DNA of 64,000 nucleotides from Vulcanimicrobiota bacterium (GCA_963733295.1 CAVTCS010000003.1:992001-1056000), one strand, 5' to 3'. Numbered from the stretch's first letter, positions 11,852 to 21,273 are shown. Numbers and translations are program-made. The notes: a model not told the origin generated them from the letters alone.

Positions 11852-13343
11852 AAGGGGAGTGAAATAGAACATGAAACCGTGCGCTTACAAACCGTGAAAG
11901 GCCAATGCGCAAGCAAGGCTGATCGCGTGCCTATTGAAGAATGAACCTGCGAGTTACGTGATACGGGCGTGGTTAAGGTGTAGAGCCGGAGCCGTAGCGA
12001 AAGCGAGTCTGAATAGGGCGTTTGTCCGTATCAGTAGACCCGAAACCAGGTGATCTATCCATGGCCAGGCTGAAACGTGATTAACCTCACGTGGAGGGCC
12101 GAACCTGTCGTTGTTGAAAAAACGTTGGATGAGCTGTGGATAGGGGTGAAAAGCCAATCGAACCTGGAGATAGCTGGTTCTCCCCGAAATAGTTTGAGGA
12201 CTAGCGTCGCGTGTTAAGTCTTGGGGGTAGAGCACTGACAGAGCTAGGGGCCTTACCGGGTTACCGAACTCCATCAAACTCCGAATACCAGGATGTACTC
12301 CGCGGCAGTCAGACGGTGGGGGATAAGCTCCATCGTCAAAAGGGAAACAGCCCAGAGCATCGGCTAAGGTCCCTAATCAATGCTTAGTGGTAAAGGAAGT
12401 CGTTTCGCACAGACAACTAGGAGGTTGGCTTAGAAGCAGCCACCCTTGAAAGAGTGCGTAATAGCTCACTAGTCGAGTGAGGCGGCGCCGAAAATGTAAC
12501 GGGGCTCAAGCATTGAACCGAAGCCATGCGATCGCAAGATCGGTAGGGGAGCGTTGTAGCGTAGGCTGAAGCTAGACCGCGAGGACTAGTGGACGAACTA
12601 CAAGTGAGAATGCAGGTATAAGTAGCGAGAAATGAGGGTGAGAACCCCTCACGCCGGAAGTCTAAGGTTTCCTGAGCTACGTCAATCGTCTCAGGGTGAG
12701 TCGGGACCTAAGCCGAGGCTGAGAAGCGTAGGCGATGGCCATGCCGTTCATATTCGGCAACCACCGATGCCCGTTCGATCTCCATCGAACAACACCAACC
12801 GCGCAAGCGGCTGTTGTCGTTTGGTGGCGATCGTGAAGTGAAGGGATGACGCAGGAGGATAGGTCAGCGCACTATTGGATGTGCGTTTAAGCTGGTAGGG
12901 GGTCGTGTAGGCAAATCCGCACGGCAACTCCGAGAGGTGAATACGAGGTCCTTCGGGACTGAAGTGATCGACTCCACGCTGCCAAGAAAAGTCTCTAACT
13001 AGGAACATAGGTGCCCGTACCGCAAACCGACACAGGTAGACTGGCAGAGCATGCTAAGGCGACGGGAGAACCCCTGTTAAGGAACTCGGCAAATTAACCC
13101 CGTAACTTTGGGAGAAGGGGTGCCCCTTTGGGTCTAGACTTCACGTCGAAAGCCTAGGGGGGTCGCAGCGAATAGGCCCAAGCGACTGTTTAACAAAAAC
13201 ACAGGTCTCTGCGAACGCGAAAGCGGACGTATAGGGGCTGACTCCTGCCCGGTGCTGGAAGGTTAAAGGGAGAGGTTAGCGCAAGCGAAGCTTTGATCTG
13301 AAGCCCCAGTAAACGGCGGCGGTAACTATAACCGTCCTAAGGT

Positions 13344-13600
13344 GAGATGAAAAATCGTTGCCTCTTCACACGGTGACGTGTGTTGAAAACTTGGCCATAT
13401 GCGGGAATATCCTAAGAGCCCAGCCTACTAATCCGAGGCCGTTAACGCGACTCTGGTTAGTAACAATGGTTTGGGATTGGACAATCCGCAGGAAACCCCG
13501 CGGTCGCGGGGGATCCTCAGAGACTATATGCCAGGCTCCAGCTGCACGCAGCTGGATGAAGATAGAGTCCAGTCCTGTATGAAAGTACAGGAGTAAACTG
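13344..13600 (+). mobile_element. Group I self-splicing intron at 23S position L1931 (E. coli numbering), 257 nt, no ORF
   Basis: Splits the conserved CCTAAGGT|AGCGAAATTCC; exon ends in U, intron ends in G; IGS TCGTTGCCT; P ATATGCGGGAA, Q AATCCGCAG, R TCAGAGACTA, S AAGATAGAGTCC; P9 TCCTGTAT-GAAA-GTACAGGA. Confidence 0.93.
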
Positions 13601-13642
<42 letters not shown>

Positions 13643-13900
13643 AGTAACGACTTGGGCACTGTCTCGATGGGGGGCCCGGCGAAATTGCAGTACCAGTGAA
13701 GATGCTGGTTACCCGCGGCAGGACGGAAAGACCCCATGAAGCTTTACTGTATCCTGATCTTGGTTCTTGAGATTTTCTGCACAGGATAGGTGGGAGACTA
13801 TGATCCGTGGGCTTTGGCTTGCGGGGAGTCAACGTTGGGATACCACCCTGAAAATCTCGGGATTCTAACTAATCGCCGTAATCCGGTGATAGGACATGGT

Positions 13901-13960
<60 letters not shown>

Positions 13961-14143
13961 ACCCTCAGATCGGTCAGAAACCGATCGTTAGAGTGCATAG
14001 GCAAAAGGGTGCTTGACTGCGAGACGGACAGGTCGAGCAGGTGCGAAAGCAGGGCTAAGTGATCCGGCAGTACCGAATGGAAGGGCTGTCGCTTATCGGA
14101 TAAAAGCTACTCTGGGGATAACAGGCTTATCTCCCCCAAGAGT

Positions 14144-14471
14144 CAATTGGGCTCCCCGCTCGAGCGATCGAGCGGTAAACAGTGGCTCATATCGGTGAAA
14201 CCCGCGTAGTCTAAGCTACGAGGGCAATACCGAGGGAAGAGAGTTTGTCGTAGTAAGGTAATGTCGCGCGGCGAGGACCTCTACGGACTAAATTCGGAAT
14301 CGCGGCTTGCGATCTCGGATATGTCTTACAAACTCTCCCTGTAACGACTTCTCACATCGTGTGAGAGATGGCGCCGGCTGCGTCTGCGGACGTAAATTCA
14401 TCGTCGCCATAACACGCCACCAACTCGAAAGAGTTGAAGGTATAGTCTGCGCTGCAAGTGATTGCAGAACG
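14144..14471 (+). mobile_element. Group I self-splicing intron (subgroup IA-like) after 23S U2473 in the helix 89 loop, 328 nt, no ORF
   Basis: Splits CCCAAGAGT|CCACATCGACGG; U/G boundaries; IGS TGGGCTC; P3 GTGGC/GCCAC, P4 ATATCGGT/ACCGAG, R GTAACGACT, two hairpins between P7 and P3', P8 CAACTC-GAAA-GAGTTG, S AAGGTATAGTCT. Confidence 0.9.
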
Positions 14472-14472
14472 C

Positions 14473-14507
<35 letters not shown>

Positions 14508-14531
14508 ATCGTCGCATCCTGGGGCTGTAAT

Positions 14532-14568
<37 letters not shown>

Positions 14569-14576
14569 TACGCGAT

Positions 14577-14625
<49 letters not shown>

Positions 14626-14990
14626 TAGGAGACTTGAAGAGCGTCGACCCTAGTACGAGAGGACCGGGTTGAACGAACCGCTGGTGAACCGGTTGTCCCG
14701 CCAGGGGCATAGCCGGGTAGCTACGTTCGGACCAGATAAACGCTGAAGGCATATAAGCGTGAAACTGACTCTAAGATGAGGTCTCAATCCCGCAAGGGTG
14801 AAGGGTCGTGGAAGACTACCACGTTGATAGGCCGGGAGTGGAAGCGCCGCAAGGTGTGGAGCTTACCGGTACTAATCGCCCGGACACTTAAATACGCACG
14901 CTGTTGTTTTGGCACTGAAGGTTCTTCTCTATGCAGCTTTCCGACGCGCATCGCTGGAGCTCAGGCTCGCGGGCGCTTCGGGATCAAGTT

Positions 14991-15107
14991 TCTGGCGCCG
15001 ATAGCGGCGGGGTTCCACCCGTTCCCATCCCGAACACGGCAGTTAAGACCGCCAGCGCCGATGGTAGTCGGACCGCAGGGTCCCTCGAGAGTAGGTCAGT
15101 GCCAGAT
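14991..15107 (+). rRNA. rrf: 5S rRNA
   Basis: CACCCGTTCCCATCCCGAACACGG, GATGGTAGT, GAGAGTAGG; terminal helix TCTGGCG/TGCCAGA. Confidence 0.95.
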
Positions 15108-15118
15108 CAGAACGAGAT

Positions 15119-15156
15119 GAGCCCGCAGGCAGCGATGCCGGCGGGCTCTCTTATTA
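15119..15156. terminator. Hairpin terminator downstream of 5S, at the junction with the convergent TPR gene
   Basis: GAGCCCGC...GCGGGCTC stem followed by TCTTATT. Confidence 0.6.
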
Positions 15157-16131
15157 GGCCGGCGGCGTCAACTTCCCGAGGAGCTTCTGCGCCGAGGCGG
15201 CCTCATCGAGTTGGCCTCCGAGGCGATAAAGACGGATCGCTTCCTTAAGGTCGGCGACGGCGTGGTTGACGTCGTTGCTCGCGGCATAGATCTTGCCGCG
15301 CAGCTCGTAGCCGTCGGGGTCGTCCGGACTCTTGGAAACGTAGGCATTCGCATCGTCCAGCGCGAGAGGCAGCTTCTCCAGCGAGTAGAGCGCTAGCCCG
15401 CGGTAATAGAGCGCTCCGCTCCGGTCGGGGTCGAGCAGGAGCGCCTTGTTGAGGTCGGCCAGGGCGGAGCTCCACTGTTGCTTGTCGATCGATGCGAGGC
15501 TCCGGTAATAATAAGCGAGCGAAAACTTCGGGCTCAAGACGATCGCCGCGTTGCAGTCGGCCAGCGCGCGCGTCAGGTCGCCTTTGTGCCGATAGGCGTC
15601 GCAGCGGTCGGCTAAGGCGTACGCATACAGTTTATCGAGCGAGAGGGCTTTGGTATAGTCGGCGATGGCTGCGGTCGCATCGTCCATAACGTCTTCGACT
15701 TCACCGCGGTTTACGTACGCTTCCGGATCGGTAGCATCGAGCTCGATCGCGCGATTGCAGTCTGCCAGGGCGCCGGCGTAGTCCTCGAGATCCCGCTTCG
15801 TATCGCAGCGAGTCGTGAATGCGTAGGCGTAGTCCGGGTCCAGCACGATGGCGCGATCGTAATCGACAATCGCCGCGCGATTGTTACCGCTGGACGCGAG
15901 CGCGTCGCCCCGCAGGACGTACGCTTCGGGAGACTGATTGTCGAGTTCGATCGCGCGGTTGAGCAGAACGATGGCGTCCGCATATTTGTGAAGTTTATAG
16001 AGACCGTTCGCGCGTTCGTAGAGCGACTTCGCCGACTCCGCCGGCGGCGAGGCGGCGGATTGCCCATACGCGGGAAGCCCGAAGGCTCCGAAAGCTAGAC
16101 ACGCGAGACCGAGAAGAATCTGCCGGCGCAT
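15154..16131 (-). CDS. Secreted tetratricopeptide-repeat protein
   Basis: Signal-like N-terminus; about eight 34-aa repeats of the form AY..RG....G....A..DY.RAI.LDP. Confidence 0.88.
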   Translation of the reverse strand: MRRQILLGLACLAFGAFGLPAYGQSAASPPAESAKSLYERANGLYKLHKYADAIVLLNRAIELDNQSPEAYVLRGDALASSGNNRAAIVDYDRAIVLDPDYAYAFTTRCDTKRDLEDYAGALADCNRAIELDATDPEAYVNRGEVEDVMDDATAAIADYTKALSLDKLYAYALADRCDAYRHKGDLTRALADCNAAIVLSPKFSLAYYYRSLASIDKQQWSSALADLNKALLLDPDRSGALYYRGLALYSLEKLPLALDDANAYVSKSPDDPDGYELRGKIYAASNDVNHAVADLKEAIRLYRLGGQLDEAASAQKLLGKLTPPA

Positions 16132-16191
16132 CGCTGCCGCTTCGGCGAAGCGGTGAGCGAATCCGCGCGCCGGGCCGTCACTCTGCAGGCT

Positions 16192-17256
16192 TCAGCCTCC
16201 GCTCGTATCGATCGGCCCGATCGTGAGCACCTCGAAGGCACTCGCCGGTACGGTTTTGAGCTGATTAAGATCGGTGTCGTTCCAGTTCGTGTTCGTCTCG
16301 CCGGTGATGAAGAAACTGCTGCCGTTGTCGGCCAGGATCATTCCGTATTTTTGCAGTCCGACGAGGATGACGTGTGCGTTACCGGTGAACGACGATATGT
16401 CGTAGCTCGCCTTGAGTCGCAAGCGCGTGCCCATCGGGGGAAGCCAGGCCGGGCTCGTGGAGCCGGCGTGATGTCGCGCCGGCAAGATCTGCCCCGCATA
16501 GGTGCGGTTCATCGTAAAGCGGACGGCATGATCGATCGCACCGGCCTGCACTTCCGCATAGCGTACGAGCCCGGCTGCAATCGGTAGGCCGGCTGCGTCG
16601 GCCGAAGTCCATCCATCGGGACGGTAGGCGTTGGAGCTCAAGTTAAAGACCGCGCCATTTGAGGCGCTCCAGCTACCCGGTGCGCCGGCCTGCTCGAACG
16701 TCTCGTACAGCACGCAGTTCGATTGATCCACGATAAGCATGTGCATGTCGGAACCGGCTTCGATCGCGGGACTCGATGGAATCGGATAGGGTCCCGGATC
16801 GCTTTCGGACGGGTAGCCGGTAAACGCGATCGGCACGAACCCGGGGCCCGGCGATGGGATCGTCACGACGTTGATCGGGATACCGTAGGTCGGATTGCTC
16901 CCGAAATCCGGATGAAGGTTGATGCTCCCGCTAGGATTCATCTCGGTCATGTAGTTCGCGGAATTCGGATCGGCAGGGAACGCGGTCGTGTTCGAGATGT
17001 CGGTGTTCCAGAGATTATCCGACGGAAAGACTTGGCACGTCCCGATCATCGGCTCGCCGCCGGGTGCACCGCTCCCGGTAGGGCTGGGATTCGACGTCGG
17101 CGTCGCGGTTGCGCGGGCGCCTTGCGTCGGAGTGGGCGTTGCGCCCGGCCTCGGGGTGGACGAAGGCCTCGGGTTGCCCCCGGACGGGGTCCCGCCGCCG
17201 CCGCTGCACGCGCAAACGAAGCACGCTGCCAAGAACGCCGAGCAAATCGATCGCAT
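16192..17256 (-). CDS. Putative lipoprotein with Pro/Thr linker and uncharacterised domain
   Basis: Cys-containing signal (VCACSGGG), PT-rich linker, then ESDPGPYPIP, RPDGWTSADAAGLP, LQKYGMILADNG. Confidence 0.7.
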   Translation of the reverse strand: MRSICSAFLAACFVCACSGGGGTPSGGNPRPSSTPRPGATPTPTQGARATATPTSNPSPTGSGAPGGEPMIGTCQVFPSDNLWNTDISNTTAFPADPNSANYMTEMNPSGSINLHPDFGSNPTYGIPINVVTIPSPGPGFVPIAFTGYPSESDPGPYPIPSSPAIEAGSDMHMLIVDQSNCVLYETFEQAGAPGSWSASNGAVFNLSSNAYRPDGWTSADAAGLPIAAGLVRYAEVQAGAIDHAVRFTMNRTYAGQILPARHHAGSTSPAWLPPMGTRLRLKASYDISSFTGNAHVILVGLQKYGMILADNGSSFFITGETNTNWNDTDLNQLKTVPASAFEVLTIGPIDTSGG

Positions 17257-17320
17257 GGGCGGTTTTTCCGCGCACGCGGTTCGGCCGCCCTCGATGGCCA
17301 CATCACTAATTCAACGTCGG

Positions 17321-18256
17321 CTAGGCGAAGGCAAAACGGTCCTTTCCGGCCGCTTTTGCAATGTACAACGCGCGATCGGCCGCCCAGGTGAGCGTCGATG
17401 CGTCCAAGCCGTCCCGTGGGTAGAGCGCCGCTCCGACCGAGCAATGGAAGCCCTGGAGCTTCAGGAGTTCGCTGATCCGCGCTACGCTCGAGACCGCGAG
17501 CCGGGGCTCCGCATCGAGCATGACGATTACGAATTCGTCACCGCCAATCCGCGCGACGACGTCCTGCGCGCGAGACATCGCGGTGAGTGCGTTGGCGAGA
17601 CGGTGGAGGAGGGCGTCTCCCGCTGCGTGGCCCGTTCGATCGTTGACCCGTTTGAAATCATCCAGGTCCAGCAGAAGATACACGAACGAAGTGGCGCGAC
17701 GTCTGCCCGATTCGAGTTCTTGTTGCAACCGCTCGTGAAGCGCGCGTCGATTTAAGAGCCCCGTCAGCGGGTCCCGCGAAGCGAGCTCTTGCGCCCGCTC
17801 GAAGATCAGGGCGTTCTGGCTCGCAACCGCGGCGATCGCGCTCAGGTTCGCGATCGTCTCCAGGTCTGCCGCGCCCGACACGTCGCTGCGGGGTCCGTCC
17901 GCATACAGAAACCCATAAGGTGCTCCGGCATGATTCAATGCCGACAAAAAGTAGCGGCGCCGTACGTCGACGAGGGGCGCCCAGAGGTCCGTCGCCGCTC
18001 CCCACACCGGAATCCCCGAACGGGCGGTCGCGAAGCTGCCGCCCGATGCCGGGCTTATGGCTACGTCGCTTGGCTTCAACTCATTGCCTTCATCGAAAAC
18101 GAGCCCGGCTCGCGCTCGTTGGCCTTCATCGAAGAAGAAGATCGCGCGGCCGAATCCGAGCGTGTGGTGAGCGGCGCGCAGCGTCTGCGACAAAACGTCA
18201 TCGACGCGCCGCTGCAAGGCGATTTGTCCGAAGGCGCGTGGCAGATCGCTTAACAC
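17321..18256 (-). CDS. Diguanylate cyclase (GAF-like plus GGDEF)
   Basis: DPLTGLLNRR, DLDDFKRVND, GHAAGD, RAQD I-site five residues before GGDEF, ADRALYIAK..GKDR. Confidence 0.9.
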   Translation of the reverse strand: MLSDLPRAFGQIALQRRVDDVLSQTLRAAHHTLGFGRAIFFFDEGQRARAGLVFDEGNELKPSDVAISPASGGSFATARSGIPVWGAATDLWAPLVDVRRRYFLSALNHAGAPYGFLYADGPRSDVSGAADLETIANLSAIAAVASQNALIFERAQELASRDPLTGLLNRRALHERLQQELESGRRRATSFVYLLLDLDDFKRVNDRTGHAAGDALLHRLANALTAMSRAQDVVARIGGDEFVIVMLDAEPRLAVSSVARISELLKLQGFHCSVGAALYPRDGLDASTLTWAADRALYIAKAAGKDRFAFA

Positions 18257-18269
18257 GTCGGAGCGAAAC

Positions 18270-19370
18270 TCATCGGCGCAGCGCGGCGAGCGACGTCATC
18301 CCAAGGTCGTCCGGATATTGCGATGCACCGCGCGCCACATCGATGTCCACGGCGCCGTCGGCTACGAGCCTCGAGAGCGAAGCCTCGAGCGTTTGCAAAC
18401 CTTCGCGCGCGTGCTGAGCGATCTGGCTCCGAACCTGATGAAGCGTTCCCTCCCGAATGAGGCGGCGCATGGTTTCGTTTGCGAAGAGCAACTCGACGGC
18501 CGCGCGCATCGAGATTCCGTCGCGGGCAGGAACGAGACGCAGTCCGATGATCCCGCGCAGGACGTCGCCGATGCGACGGCGGGCACGCTCGAGCTCATCG
18601 GGAGGGGAGAGCGCGATGAGCCGGCTCAGTACCTGAGGCGTTTCAGGCGGAGCTGCAAGGGCGGCGAAGACGAGGTGTCCCGCCTGTGCGGCATCGAGCG
18701 AGGCCTCCAACGAATCGAGGTCGAGGATCTCGTCGACGAAAATGACATCCGCATCGGCGCGCATCGCTCCGCGGATGCCTTGCGCGAACGAAGCGACGTC
18801 GCGACCGACTTCGTACTGGCTCGCGATCGACTGCTGCCAGCGCATGGTGTGCTCGATCGAGGATTGGATCGTTACAACGTGATGCGCGCAGGTCGTGCCG
18901 AGACGGTCGAGCAGCGCAACCGCCGTAGTCGTCTTTCCGTTCGCGCGCGGTCCCGCCACGATCACCAAGCCGGAACGCGCGCGGCTGAAGCTCGCGACGG
19001 CTTCGGGGAGCAGCAGCGAATCCAATTCGGGGAGCGTCGAGGGCAGAAGCCGTATCGCGAGTCGCAAGCCCCGGCGCGAGCGCGAGGCGTGAATCCGAAG
19101 GCCGCCTAGTCGAGGATCGATATAGATCGCGTCGGCCATCCCGAGTTTCTCGAGCCGCGCGCGCGACAAGACGTCGAACGAATGAGTAACGAACGCTTCG
19201 GTCGCGGCCGCGCTCACGGACATGCCTGGAACGCGCTCGATCTTGGAAAAAATGCGGAACGCGGCACCCTCGGCCGGATCGATGTGAACGTCCGAAGCCT
19301 GCCGCTCGCGGCCGCGGTCCAGCAACGAGCAGATGCTTTCCGCGGGCGCCCCAGACGCTGCCACGCTCAT
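18270..19370 (-). CDS. PilT/PilU-family ATPase paralogue with degenerate motifs
   Basis: ASDVHI, GPRANGKTT, RADADVIFVDE, GHLVF, MRRLIRE, GLQTLE; true start ATG 19370 (ATGA overlap). Confidence 0.8.
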   Translation of the reverse strand: MSVAASGAPAESICSLLDRGRERQASDVHIDPAEGAAFRIFSKIERVPGMSVSAAATEAFVTHSFDVLSRARLEKLGMADAIYIDPRLGGLRIHASRSRRGLRLAIRLLPSTLPELDSLLLPEAVASFSRARSGLVIVAGPRANGKTTTAVALLDRLGTTCAHHVVTIQSSIEHTMRWQQSIASQYEVGRDVASFAQGIRGAMRADADVIFVDEILDLDSLEASLDAAQAGHLVFAALAAPPETPQVLSRLIALSPPDELERARRRIGDVLRGIIGLRLVPARDGISMRAAVELLFANETMRRLIREGTLHQVRSQIAQHAREGLQTLEASLSRLVADGAVDIDVARGASQYPDDLGMTSLAALRR

Positions 19371-20170
19371 TCGAGGGTGGCCGCGAGCAGCGTGAGAATC
19401 GCGTTGCGCCGCGGTCGATCGACGCGACGGTCCAAGATCTCCAGGTAGTCGTCGCGGCGCCGGGTTCCGACGTAGGCGAGCGCGGCCTTCGCGGCGATTG
19501 CTTCGACGCGGTCGCCGAATGCGGCGAGGATATCTTCGCGTCGATCGATCGCGAGAAGCGCGTCGATGGCCAGCGAGCGCTCTTCGTCGCTGCCCCGAAC
19601 GAGGATCTCCGCGAAGGCATCCCCGGCCCCCTCGGATCGCGAGCGCGCCAGCGATTGAAGGGCCAACAGCCGAAGCGCACCGTCTTCCTCGCCGATGGCG
19701 TCGAGCAAGACGCGCTCGCGAACCGGACCCGAGGCAAGGGTATCGATCGAGCGAAGCAGCGCTGCACGCTCCCCCTGTCCCCAAGCCGCGTTCTTGGGAT
19801 CGATGAGCGCCGGCCAGGCGATCGATCGTGCCTGCGAGCGCAAGCGAAGACGCGTCAGCGGCACGACCCGCTCGTCGTCGATCGGGAGCGATCGAGCGGC
19901 GCGTTGCGTCTGCGCCGGCGTCGCGTCGGATTCGCATACGGGCGCCGAAACCTCTGGAAGGGGTTCTGCGCGAAGGTCGTCAGCGTGAGTCGCAGCGCAA
20001 GCGTCGACGAGCTCTGCGAACGCGTCCACAGGAGGCGCATCGACGTTCGCCGTTTTCGGATCCGAACGCTCGCGCGCCGAGTTGGCGTTCTTCTCGCGAT
20101 GCGGCATCAGCAATGCCGACCCCAGAGCGATCGTGGCTAAAGACGGCAAAATGAAATGAACGAGTTGCAT
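19367..20170 (-). CDS. Membrane-anchored HEAT-repeat-like protein
   Basis: N-terminal hydrophobic helix; helical repeats such as DGALRLLALQSLA, DEERSLAIDALL, VEAIAAKAALA. Confidence 0.6.
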   Translation of the reverse strand: MQLVHFILPSLATIALGSALLMPHREKNANSARERSDPKTANVDAPPVDAFAELVDACAATHADDLRAEPLPEVSAPVCESDATPAQTQRAARSLPIDDERVVPLTRLRLRSQARSIAWPALIDPKNAAWGQGERAALLRSIDTLASGPVRERVLLDAIGEEDGALRLLALQSLARSRSEGAGDAFAEILVRGSDEERSLAIDALLAIDRREDILAAFGDRVEAIAAKAALAYVGTRRRDDYLEILDRRVDRPRRNAILTLLAATLE

Positions 20171-20187
20171 GGAGCAGCGTCCGCTCC

Positions 20188-21273
20188 TTAGGCTGCGGGA
20201 ACCGGCTCGAAGGTTTGCTGCACCGCGGAAACGAGTTGCCACAACTGATCGTCGAGAACGTGATTCGACTGCGTCATCTGTTTCAGGCGTGCTTTCTCCG
20301 GCGTATCGGCCATCTGCCCGAACAGATCTCCTAGTTTAGCGCGGTAGGCGCCGAGGGGTTCGGCGAGGCTTGGAACCGACGACGCGTGCGGCAGCAGGAG
20401 GGCAAGGCCCGCTTCGATGCTGGCGAACGGCGTAGCTAGGAGCTCAGCGCGCGTGAACGTTCCGACCGTCTCGTCGATGCCCTCGAAGTCGTGGACGGAA
20501 TGCTGCGCATCCTCGGCCAAATGCGGTCCGACGACGCCGCGAAATGCTGCGAGCCCGCGCGCGATGTCGCTCGTTTCGATCGACTCGAGCCAAGACGGCG
20601 TTACGCTGAAATTCGGCATGAAGGCGGCGAGGAGTGGGTTGCCCAGCGTTTCTCCGACGGCGGCACGCAGCATAGCGAGTTGCTGTCCCGCTTCGGCGCG
20701 AACGGTTTCGTCCGTGCAGCGCACGTCGTCGGGTACGAGCAGCCGCAGCACGAGCGAGTGACGATACCAGCCAAGTCGCTCGACCGTGAAAAGTTTGTCA
20801 CAGACCTGGACGAATCGCCGCACGCGGTCGTTCGTCCAACGAAGCCGCACGCTTAGCCGGGCCGTCCCGGTGGTGACGGCGGCCAGGCTCAGCGGTGCGA
20901 CTCGCGGCACGAGCTCCGGCGTCGACGCCGTAGCGGTTCCCAACTTCGGAATCTCTTGCAGCGCGGGTCGCTGCAGCCCGGCTTCGATCGGGTGTATTCT
21001 TGCGAGCGAAGGGTCGAGAAAAGACAGGGTCAGCCTTTGCTCCTTTGCGTAAGGGCCGGCTGCGCACAAAACGACCGTCGAGACGACATCCGGAACGGCG
21101 CCGCGTGGGGGACGCGGCTCGAACGAACGGCCGTCGTGACAGCGTAGACGGCCGATTCCGGGATTCGTGAAGGCGACGGAAAGGACGTCGTTTTCCGAAT
21201 ACGGTCCGCCGGCGGTCAGCACGCGGAGGATCGCGATTTCCGCGAGCCCGGCGGCGTCGCCGTCCGCGCTCAT
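20188..21273 (-). CDS. Hypothetical cytoplasmic protein in the pilus operon
   Basis: 361-aa ORF with ATGA coupling to the secretin stop; no recognised family. Confidence 0.7.
   Translation of the reverse strand: MSADGDAAGLAEIAILRVLTAGGPYSENDVLSVAFTNPGIGRLRCHDGRSFEPRPPRGAVPDVVSTVVLCAAGPYAKEQRLTLSFLDPSLARIHPIEAGLQRPALQEIPKLGTATASTPELVPRVAPLSLAAVTTGTARLSVRLRWTNDRVRRFVQVCDKLFTVERLGWYRHSLVLRLLVPDDVRCTDETVRAEAGQQLAMLRAAVGETLGNPLLAAFMPNFSVTPSWLESIETSDIARGLAAFRGVVGPHLAEDAQHSVHDFEGIDETVGTFTRAELLATPFASIEAGLALLLPHASSVPSLAEPLGAYRAKLGDLFGQMADTPEKARLKQMTQSNHVLDDQLWQLVSAVQQTFEPVPAA

Noticed and set aside
13318..13336. G1909-C1921 pair in helix 69 instead of the E. coli C-G pair
   Set aside because: Compensatory change that preserves the stem and occurs in other phyla
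17050..17205. Low-complexity Pro/Thr/Gly stretch as a DNA repeat
   Set aside because: Ordinary protein linker with no regular nucleotide periodicity
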